DNA of 64,000 bases, taken from positions 2,107,329 through 2,171,328 of the forward strand of contig OZ199838.1 in NCBI GenBank assembly GCA_964304625.1, written 5' to 3'. The stretch comes from Kudoa neothunni. Taxonomy: Eukaryota > Animalia > Cnidaria. Below the pieces are notes generated by a model that saw nothing but the letters and a program-made list of their open reading frames with translations, had not been told where the DNA came from and made no database searches. The position numbers were made by a program, and so were the translations under genes. This document shows positions 13,469 through 23,822 of the stretch, one piece after another. Within the stretch, counting starts at the first letter, position 1, and every line of letters starts with the position of its first letter.

Positions 13469-14329
13469 TAACCTACCTCATAACCATTGGTATTTTGGAT
13501 TTCCACTGATCGAAACTGCCACTAATATACACATGTTTTCCACCGTGTTCCCAGTGGAATACGGTTGATATTTTACGTGAGTCCATGCCTACTTTAGAAA
13601 CTCCCATTAGTTCAACGATAGTATCGACAACAAACAGGCTTGATGATAATATTTTTAGAGCGATTTAATCTCATATTAATGGACGTGTGCAAGAAACTAA
13701 GAATGTTGATCTCAATCCCAACAACTCGCTACCGCCACATCGAATCTATAGCGGGAAGAGAAATATACCGAATGCACTCAGCCAACAAATGTCGCTAGAA
13801 ACTATCTTCTAACCGTATTTTTTATTAAATATTCACGTGAATTATCGCAATAATAGGGGATTAATTAAAAATTCTCACCATCACCGATTATCGGACGTGT
13901 GTGATAAGTCTCGGCCCTCAAATTCAGCATAATATAGTTAGGCTCAATGTGACAGCTAAAACCAACCACCTCGTCCATAAAATCAACGGCAAATATAATT
14001 TAATAAATAAACACGCGCAATATATTATTCCTAAGTAAGTATCGCCTCACAAACAACCAATAAATTGAACCCATCTCTTAAAGAATGCAATCAATATTGT
14101 TGGCTGACTGACTGACTCATCGACTCACAAACTGTATTCGGGTTTAAGCGAGAAAAATATTACAATACTTTGCAATTGAGCGTTGTCATTGGCAACCGAT
14201 GAAGCTTCAATCGATTTATGCTTTCTACCCCCCTCACCGGCAGACTGTTTATCGATGGACGAATTGGCGTCATTGGCCTTCAATTTTTTAATCCCACTAC
14301 CACCACTAATAGATATGTGGTTTCCCCAT
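12560..14329 (-). CDS. PRKAB1: 5'-AMP-activated protein kinase beta subunit
   Basis: Spliced exons give a CBM48 domain (TVFHWEHGGKHVYISGSFDQWKSKIPM..LEEGIYEFKFLVDNQW), PPTLPSHNMNSILNK, and C-terminal SRRYREKFITTIYFKP*. The 5' exon MGNHIS needs removal of one G; an alternative start MGVSKV lies near 13608. Confidence 0.9.
13434..13466. repeat. (CA)n microsatellite in an AMPK beta intron
   Basis: Run visible in the sequence. Confidence 0.9.
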
Positions 14330-14533
14330 GGCTACCAATCGTCAAGTATTGAAAGCCGTTTGTCTCTGATCTCACAAATACCGATAGAACCGAGGGATAT
14401 AGCAAAACAATATTCCGTGCATGCGCGATATTTTTAAAAGTTGCAACAAATCACAATCGACAAATCCTATCCACATAAACATCCAACACAACAATAGAAT
14501 TTATCAACATAAAATCATAATAAGCATAATATT

Positions 14534-14834
14534 TTATGTAGATCGACTCCTAATATCCTCCAAAACACGAACATAGAAAGGATCTTTGTAGTGAATAATT
14601 TTCTGGATAGAATATAAAAACAAACTCGGTTACATCCACTAATTATAATTTCAAACTCACCTCAACACATTTCATGTAACGGTCGTAACTATCGGTACAC
14701 TCACTCATGTCATTACTGCCTTTAATGTATTTGTTGGCGAACCAATCATTAAAACATTTGTCATATGCACGTTTGTATTCGGTACACTCCACAACAATGC
14801 TGTCATTAGTTTCTAGGTTGAGATCGACGGGCAT
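14534..14834 (-). CDS. TRIAP1: TRIAP1/Mdm35 twin-Cx9C mitochondrial intermembrane-space protein, 2 exons
   Basis: [29 protein letters not shown]...[14 protein letters not shown], then GTGAGT...CAG intron, then KIIHYKDP...ST*. Confidence 0.9.
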
Positions 14835-14895
14835 TTCCACACGACTAGATTAATTCAAAAGATGGTAGTTTTCGCGCGTGCGTGCGCATCATAGC
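14835..14895. promoter_or_regulatory. 61-bp bidirectional promoter region between TRIAP1 and DNAJC8
   Basis: Divergent ATGs at 14834 and 14896; contains AAGATGG (YY1-like) and CGCGCGTGCGTGCGCA (NRF1-like) in an otherwise AT-rich context. Confidence 0.6.
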
Positions 14896-15916
14896 ATGAG
14901 TGGTGATAGAGATGAATTCCAGGAAAAAGTTCACACAAACAATTCAATGGGTATTATAAGTTGGTCTAATTGTAGGTGAAAGAGTGCGAAATGAATGGTA
15001 TCAATCTCACCTCAAAATGTCAAATACATCGGCTCACAAAACCCACTTCAAAATATCTTAATCTGAATCCATATGAGGTGTGCATATAATTGAATGAAGT
15101 TGGATTTGTTATAATTTTACAATTTTTCAAAGGTATTACAACTACCGTTTGGATCCGATGAGGAGCTGATTAAGAAACATTTTAAAAAGGTTCTTTGTTG
15201 TGTGGGTGTGTGTTGTGGTAGGAATTGTCAATTGTTAGCTGTCAATATTGGTCCATCCTGATAAGAATAGAAATGATTTGGAAAATTCAAAAGCTGCATT
15301 CGAAGGTTGGTCTATCTAGGTCGTGATTGCCTTGATAATCTTTTGGGTGATTAATTAGTTGTAAAGATGGCAAACGAAATATTGAAAAAGCCCGAAGAAA
15401 TTGGAAAAATCCGACTTATATATGATGAGGCGTTGGCTATGTTTAATAAGAAAGTGAGTTTGTTGGGTGATAATTTATTGATTCGTGACTGTAGCTGGAA
15501 AACAAACGCAAACGAATTCTCAATATAGAAGAAGATGAAGACCCTATTAAAGTTTATTTCACTGTGTGCATTAGCTGAACGCTATTTACACGTACATATA
15601 TTTGTAGTATTTCGAATTAAAACGAGCAACAATTGCTAAACTTTTTGCGGATTATGAACTCAAACGACAAGAATACATGGAGAATGATCACATAGACAGA
15701 AAGCGATACAAAGATGAAGAAATTTTCAATCAATTCACCGCCGAATTAGAAGCTGAATATCAAAAGGCTTGGGAAGCTAATCGGTCACACCGAGTTGACA
15801 GTTGGCGCAGTTTCACTTCCGGTATTAAAGCTGGAAAAAACAAAAAAATCAAAGCTCTGCGACCTCCTCCTTGTCGTCCCGAAGTGAGGGTCAACAAGCC
15901 GAATGGTCGTAAGTAG
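14896..15916 (+). CDS. DNAJC8: DnaJ homolog subfamily C member 8 (SPF31)
   Basis: Spliced: LTSKCQIHRLTKPTSKYLNLNPYE|VLQLP..IKKHFKK|LSILVHPDKN; last exon AWEANRSHRVDSWRSF..LRPPPCRPEVR. Confidence 0.92.
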
Positions 15917-16322
15917 CTCAAGATCGTTTAAACGATTTTTTCCCCAACCATCAATGTCTGTTTATATAAATCATCTCTATTTGTTATTGCGATTATTATG
16001 TGTTTTTTTTCATATATTGTTAATCATATTAATCATGGAAACTGTCGCAGTAATAAATTAAGCATCGTTAGTTGGGAGTATTTTTTTATAATACTCAAAA
16101 AAATCGTTATATAATATTAAACTATTGTATATACAAAGTAGATGGTTTTTAAGGATCGACCTTTTTTAAATAGTCCAAATTAATTATTGTAATGATGAAG
16201 AAGACGGGTGGGTGGGTGGGTACTAAATTTATTCCGCTAAATTTCAATTATTTTTGCTGATTCATTTACGATAATTCTGCGATAATTGCACTTATTAAGT
16301 CTCTAACGATCTCAACAACGGT

Positions 16323-19199
16323 ATCCCTGTAACACTTTGGGGGTAAAAATTACCCCACTTTTTTATTTTGCCGATATGTGTAAAAAATCAATTAATTAAT
16401 TAATTGGGGAATGCAAAATATTGTCATATTTAAACGAGTAGAATCACTGGAATATTGTATTTATTACGCCAAATAATCTCAAACTAATCTCGATTATGAC
16501 ATGATCGGGATATACCGATATTCTCCGTAAGTGTTCACAAAATAAAAATAACGAAAAAAATAAAAATAAGCACAACAATTAATTTTGGCACTTTAACCTT
16601 GCCTGTCAGAGGTGGGCCACTGAATGACCCCAAAAGACGCATTCTGTTCGTAGTTCATAGAAAACTGAATTATTTTCCATAATATTTTCTGAATGCCTCT
16701 TTGGTGTTTTAAGGCTACCTTTTAAACAATAAAAGTTATCGAATTTTTGTTTAAGGTAAAAAGTTTTGCGTTGCAAAATGGCACGCTTTCAAAAGTTTAT
16801 GTTAACGCTAGGATGTCGCTGTCTAATTTTGATATATTGTTTATTTAATTATTTTCAATAGTTTAAAATTGATTGTATTATTATGTTATTATCAGAAATG
16901 TTGGAATTTTACTGTAATAAGATTGGTCGAAGTTTTACGAAAGTTAATCCCACAAGGTCGTGTTAATTCTTCGCCAGTAGAAAACTTTTTGTTACTGTTT
17001 GGTAATACTTATGAAAATTGTTATGTTTCGATTCTCATAATTTTCTTTTATAATAAAAATTAGTATTGTATTAAAAAATTATGCCTGAGAAGATAAATCA
17101 ACTTATTGAAGGTTCATCAAGCCGCGACGATGATGTTTAATATTATGAATTTTCTGATATTACGCTTACTCAAACTGATCTTTTCATTCGTAATATCGTT
17201 GCTATTTCATCCGCAAAACCAAAAATTAAATTATTACTTTTCTGTTTTTCAAATAAATACAAAGATCGAAGTTTAAAAGCGAGAAAATAAACTCGACTGA
17301 GAAATGGAGGCTTAGAACTCAATTAAATTGAACTATAACGCCAGTATATAATGAAAAAGAGTGTAAATTTTAAAACACAACAGATTATGACTGAAAAATT
17401 CAACAAACAGCAAAAATAAAAAATTCTGCGTCGTTGGAATCTAAAATCTACTTATACCGACCACAACCCAAAGTTACGTTTAGATTTTAGATGTGTGATT
17501 CGTTGTTGGTGGCATAATCAGGATAAACTTTTGTTTTTTTTAAGTTTTATGATAAGCGCATGAATCATGCTTACAGAGAAATCACTATTGCCGAAATGCT
17601 GTCGATTTAAAACCATTTATTTCATATTGGGCACAAAATGATGCAACTAACAAATAATGCCATTTTTCTTAATGAAGGAAATAAAAATTCAGTTAAACTT
17701 TGGTTTTTATTAGCTTAATACTATATAATAAATTAATTGATAATAACTCAAGCGCAGTCAAATGTCGTTAACATTGATTTCTTCTGGGGTCGCTGAGTGC
17801 ACCACCTCGGCATGGAGGTATTTTTTTCACTCAATACAAGGAAGGTTAACAGAATTTAGAATTTCTCTTATCATTTTATCTTTATAAATAATCTCAGCAT
17901 GATGATTTTTTATTTAAAGTAGATTCTTTATTCGAATATCAGATTTATTTGAATTTCTTTTGACAACTTTTCTGGAAATTCTATTCACAGTGAATTGTGC
18001 AATTCTTCAGAAATCTCTTTCAGAAAGTTTCTTCGTCATTTTTTCTCTGAATTAAATATGTCATTGAATAATGCAAATGCATCAATCGTGAAAAGACGAT
18101 AATTGACCATCTTCTTTTAAATTTCTGGGTAGAAATTGATGCCAACATTCTATCCATATTATTAGTTCCCTTCATTGGTCGCATTATAATGCATTATCGT
18201 ATGAGGTTTAAAACTTTTAGACGCATCGATGACAGAATTGTCTGTGGTACTTGCTGTTATAATCCCAAAGGACACTATCATTATGAACCTACATTATCAC
18301 ACGCAAACAGCTGGGCGTGCTGATTTCCATCATCATTAATTTTTTATCGTTATTCTAATTAATACGGTCTCTATCACTTCTACTTCAATTACATTGTTAT
18401 TTATTATATTGGGTTTCTATCCTCGCGCCATACTAACACTTGTCTATCCTTATGAATAGCTTTTAGTATTAGAAGGCCTACATGATCTTTAAATTCAATT
18501 TCATTAGTATCACGTCACTCATCAGTGAAATCGTGATTCCCAATCATATTTTTGCATCCTTTATGATAATACTACCGATTTCTGAGATAAAGGATAACAA
18601 AAATCAATCAATCAATGATTTTATTTTTGATACAACATATGAAATGGCACCAAAGATGGAATTCATTACGTTTTCGGTACAGGTTTTTCTCATAAGTGAC
18701 TTTGATAAACTCCAAATAATTCCACTTTTATTTTTTAAATTATCATTAATATCTATGGGATCTATTTCTTCATCAGATATATCACTTACAACAATAACTT
18801 GATCGCCAAATTCGCTTACACATGAGTTATATTCGTCAATGAAATCACTCGCGTCATTAATTTAGAGTTAAGCAATACCTGCAAATGTTCATTGGCCCAA
18901 CTAGTCATTTCGTTCATTGTTTTAACTAATAATTTACTATTTAATTATTCACAAGATACTCATTACATTAAAGCGATAAAAAAGTTGGGTAAATTTTACC
19001 CCAAAAAACGTTAGAGGATAATATTTAAATAAAATTTTCTCTTTTCATTAATTTTTGCTAATTTGTTTGGTAAAAGTAAATCATTAAAAGCTCCAGGAAT
19101 ATTGAAAATTTTGTGAGATTCAATAAATGAAATAACAAGATATAATGAATACAAAATCGCCTTGGGGTAAAATTTACTCCCAAATCGTTAGAGGGTTAA
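16323..19199 (-). mobile_element. Internally deleted piggyBac element with transposase remnants
   Basis: Inverted ends CCCTGTAACACTTTGGGGGTAAAAATTACCCCA and TGGGGTAAAATTTACTCCCAAATCGTTAGAGGG|TTAA; subterminal repeat near 18985-19020; minus-strand remnant at ~18080-18270 reads FKPHTIMHYNAT..MDRMLASISTQKFKRRW, like the piggyBac at 32767-33237. Confidence 0.75.
16597..17845. mobile_element. piggyBac-type MITE nested in the previous element
   Basis: TTAA|CCTT ... AAGG|TTAA boundaries; inverted subterminal motifs GAGGTGGGCCACTGAATGACCCC and GGGGTCGCTGAGTGCACCACCTC. Confidence 0.65.
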
Positions 19200-21170
19200 C
19201 AAAGATTGTTTAATCCTTAAAAGATTTAATTATAAATTTTGAGAGATATTCGTATTTGAGATAAGTTATGGTATTAAAGTCTTTGTCATATTAGGATTTA
19301 AATTGTTATTAGTATTGTAACGTATAAGCATTATCGTTAAACATTTTTCATTTTCAATAATGAGTCATATATTTTTTGGTGGTGTGCAATAATTGAAGAC
19401 ACTAATGGCGGAGTGTGGACCGTGTGTAATCCGTATTTAATCGTTAACCCTCAATTTGCTCAAAAAGTAAAAGATACAAAATATTATTCGTCGCTAATGC
19501 ATCTCCACTGACTCACAAATATCGTTATATGAATTCATCAAGATGGCTAGTAAAAGTGGAAGTTTTTACAACAGCTATAGTATTGAATTTCCTTTTACAA
19601 TTCTTTCAATAATATTCAACGTAATTGTTATGAATACCAGTTAGGAGGGCTTTAAAATTTTAAGAGTGGTTTACAATTGCATGTTTATTGGGAGAACTCA
19701 CATGAATTTCTCGAATTCGTTTACTTGATGGCCATTAGTCAGAAAAAATTATACTTCCCGGTTTTATAAATATTCCTACGTTATATTGAGCAATATACCC
19801 AATTCTATCATCTAGTAAAATAAATAACCTCTTTTTTGTTCACATCGTACCCTCCAAAAACCCATTCTTGTGTTTTGTCATCAGACTCATAAATTTTTAT
19901 AATATTCCCCCGTCCATCAATGTTATTGTCATTTTTTATCAAAATTCATGAACAAACATCGCTAAAATATTGGTAAATTGAATAATGGACTTTTTTCAAC
20001 GAAAACTCTTCAACAGCTTTAAAATTTGGTCATTAGGTACTCCTAGATCAAAAGATATTGATATATTCTTGAAAACTCAAGTTTTAATTTACAAGAAATA
20101 TTCCAATCGTTGGAGAAATTTTGTTCTTTTTGTGTGGAGGATTTCTGTATATTTTGGAGTTATGGTATTTTATAATGCTCATCGGTCCTCTATAACTTTT
20201 GCACAATGGCTGATTCATTCTTAAAATATTTTAATTTCTCAAAAATTCAATATTAGTCTCTTCTGATGATTTTATTGATGACGTCGAGTTAAAACTCACT
20301 TTTATAGATCAAAAAGTTGTGGAATCTTTTAATCCCTTTAATCCGAATCCAACACTCCACCACCAGCGCCAACACATTTTTACAACTACTAGAAAATTGA
20401 TATTGTGGACTAATTTTAGTCACCACGAAATTTAACAATATCTTAAAATCGAAATGTATTGGCGTTATTTGATGATTTTCATTTTAAAGAAGCAGAATGA
20501 AATCAAATGTTGATGTGAACGCTTTTCTATTTTATATTAATAAAAATGATTAAGAGTTAATTCACTAAACAACAAAAGTTGAACTAATAGTCAATGCAGA
20601 AAAATGGGAATATTTTATAATTATAAATTTTCCCCACGTGCATAAACTTATTAGTATCTTGGTTTTATTACAGGATTGCATGTTGTTCTTTCAAACTGAA
20701 TAGATTCATTGATTTTAAACTATATGTGTGATCATTGTACATAAATAAAAATAAATAATAATAAAAAGTTTTATACGCTTCCATTATTAGATTGTTTTAT
20801 GGTTAAATAAACTCTAATATTTTGCATCAAATAGATGATAGACCTACGAGATTAATTTCTTCATTAAAGCGGAGTTTAATAGCTGATCAAATTTAACAAA
20901 TTAAGAAAACATGTAGAAAGTAGTTTTATTATATTCCCTTTAGTTCTTTGAGAACTTACAATGCTTGTTATAATGCATCCATCAGATTAAAGGGATTAAA
21001 ATAAAAAATTGAGTAACGCGATAGCGAGACACAAGGTTTTTCCTAATTTGTTTGATATCCACTCATTAAAAATTTTTTTTTTATTGTTTAATTATCCATT
21101 TAGGCATACTGAATATGATTTTTATGTTATATTTCGTGAATTAAATCACATAATATTAATGAAGTTAAAT

Positions 21171-21701
21171 TACGCAATATCGAGGCATAACTGTAACTAT
21201 ATTGCACAATTGGGAAAACTTTGTTCGTGTCTAGTTACAAAACAAGGGTAAGACTTTTTTATTCGAGCTAACGCGAACGTGAACGAGTACACGTAAGGAC
21301 ATTCATTGTCTGGATTTATTAAAGGAAGAGGCTATTGGCACGGTTAAATTTAATCCTAGGTGCTATGTACGCAAGCGCATTGAAAAATTTTATTTCAGCA
21401 ACTTGTACTTACAAGCTGTATACGGATTAGATTTTGTAGAACCTGTTATATTTCATTATATCTGGCCCACCCGCATATTGCTAAAGGGGCCAATTGCCAT
21501 TTCTTCAATTGAATTAAAAACCAGCAAGTCTACTTAGTTGTAGCAAATCGATTAAATTCCCTTAAATTATATTATGAATTTATTTTTGATTATATTTTCA
21601 TGTTTGTTTTTAACATATATAACTAATGAATTGAAACATTTTCAAATTAAAGCTAAGCTTGATATAAAACGTTAACTACGCTGTATCGAGGCTCGACTGT
21701 A
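21171..21701. mobile_element. Two solo pogo/Tigger-type right ends
   Basis: CGCAATATCGAGGCATAACTG|TA (~21173-21195) and CGCTGTATCGAGGCTCGACTG|TA (~21679-21701) resemble the reverse complement of the pogo end at 3823. Confidence 0.4.
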
Positions 21702-21999
21702 CATTAGATGATACATCTCTATTATACATTATAATTTATAAATTAATTATAAATTATAATACACCAAAGGTGGTAGATTAACAAGGGAATTGGTAAACTA
21801 TTTGAATAATCACCACTAATCGAACTTTATCCCTAACATTCTATCCAAACTAATTCCGAAAGATACAGCTCTTTTAATTTTTTTATAAAAATAAATGAAC
21901 AAATTTATGAAAAAATGAGCGCCAAAAGATTCAAAACAAAGTCACAAGGATTATAATATAAACAAACACATAGAATTCACAGCTACAATAACAATAATA

Positions 22000-23251
22000 T
22001 TAGAGCAGCAACCAAGCATTATTAGCAATAGATTTCTTGGAGCGATCACCATAATCAAAAAGCAATTCTTCTCCTGTTTTGATATTACGCTTGGCAAAGA
22101 AAATCACTCTTGGTTTGTCCAATATGCGATAAACCCTGGGATAGATATTGTTGTTGATTCTACTATGATTGATTAGTCGACCCAATCTTTTGGACTCTGC
22201 TGTTGCATCAATACTACACACACAAATATATACATATATATATATATATATAGATAGATAGATAGATAGACAGATAAATTATTTGATGATTTCCAACGTA
22301 ATCAATCAGTCATAATTACCAATACTTTTTGTCTTCAAATATAAAAAAATAAAGATAGGAGCCAGTTGAAGAAGAGGCGTTAGCCGAATAGTTTTGTTCT
22401 CTTTGCTTGGCTTCCTCGTATGTGATTAACTCTCCCACATACTCGCACACAAAATCACCAATTTTAAAATCCCGCGCGGTTATTATTCCTCTTCCTTTAT
22501 CTGGAGTCTCACACACCTATCGAATTGCAATTGTTTTCATTTCAAATCAATTCCAATTGGTGAAAACCTCCAATCCATCTTCTTTAAAAGTACTCACATA
22601 TTGGGTTAATTGTTCGAGATATAATCTCTATATGGACATGATTATAAAAACCTACATCCAATCGATGACTACTTCTTTCTCAGAGGTAGTAACTCGAGTG
22701 CTTCTACGGACAAAATGATCCGTGATTGTTGTGCCATTCACTTTTTTTTGTTTCTTCGATCTAAATTCGGATCTCACCTTAACATTTTCTTGGAATAACG
22801 TAAATTAGTACGATTTTCGTTTTGTGTTTTGTTGTTTTAGTTGTGATTTTTCCAAACTGTCAGTCATATCCTTCTGGTTTGATTTTATGGGTTTAAAATA
22901 TTGGTCGATGCTTTTTCTTTGTTGATCTGTTTGTTTCGTTGGAGATACTTTGGAATCTAACGATTTAAGCTGTCCCAATTCAGATTCCAAATCAATGGAA
23001 ATCGGTTTGTCATCGCAACTTAGCGATCTCGGAGATTTTTCGCTCGAAATTTTATCAGATAACTCACATGATCGGCTTCTACGAGTTAAATTCGCCGATG
23101 TGGAAATGGCGCTCATCTCTACCTCTCCCATCAAATCTGCGCCTTCAGGTGGATGCGCGAGTTTCCTAATACATTCCTAGTGTGGTTGGTTGGAAGTGAT
23201 TGATCGTAGTTGACTATTTCCCTTTATGTATAACTTTTAGTCTCCTTGCAT
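22000..23251 (-). CDS. KMT5A: H4K20 monomethyltransferase SETD8/PR-Set7
   Basis: SET domain KGRGIITARDFKIGDFVCEYVGELI..SYLYFF..SIDATAESKRLGRLINHSR..GEELLFDYGDRSKKSIANNAWL. Start uncertain: 23251 (needs one added G) or 23131. Confidence 0.92.
22226..22277. repeat. (TA)n/(GATA)n microsatellite in a SETD8 intron
   Basis: Run visible in the sequence. Confidence 0.85.
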
Positions 23252-23315
23252 TATTTGTTGTTATTAATATTATTAAACTAATTAATATGTGAATAGCAAC
23301 TTGTCTTGCAAAGCA

Positions 23316-23822
23316 ATGAATTCTGAAACACGAACAACATCAAAAAATGTCCAGGGAATTTCGAAATCAGGAAGAATCTGGCGACAACCTAAAACTAAGT
23401 GCCTTTCTGGGCGCCTATATGAATATAAATTTATCATAGGGGTAAAAACGCTGTTGGCAAAACAAAATCCACACACAAATATATTCAGGAGATGAAACGC
23501 AACAAAAGTGACGCCAAATGTTTAAAATTATTAGAACAACAGATAAAACAAGAAGCCGAATCCAAAAGAGAGGTGTTATATTTTGTTTAGGGTAATTAAA
23601 TGAATCCCTGTAGGAATTGAAACAGCGGAAACGTGATAATGCTAAAAATCGTCAAGAAAACTTAAAAAAGTCAGAAGTTACTCAAAATGTAATATACATC
23701 AGTTGATTAATGTTGGTTTTACATTTTAATGACCGGTTGTTTAGATCACCAATCCTAAAACTATCAAAAAAATACGTAAGGGTCAACTTCACAAAAGCGT
23801 TAAAATCCGGCCCAGTTCCTGA
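23316..23822 (+). CDS. CCDC86: Coiled-coil domain-containing 86 (Cgr1 family), 4 exons
   Basis: GISKSGRIWRQPK..EAESKRE|ELKQRKRDNAKNRQENLKKSEVTQN|ITNPKTIKKIRK, matching the SGRxWK and ENxxKxEVxQxIxNPxxxK pattern. Confidence 0.85.

Noticed and set aside
14183-14437. Antisense ORFs over real genes (also 6250-6465, 22407-22718, 29278-29613, 39508-39897, 42889-43203, 53986-54267)
   Set aside because: They are shadows of coding exons on the opposite strand with no recognisable motifs.
19985-20224. Short AT-rich ORFs (also 18482-18802 on +, 41974-42273, 57379-57639)
   Set aside because: Low-complexity F/I/L/K/N composition expected by chance in very AT-rich DNA; no splice or motif support.
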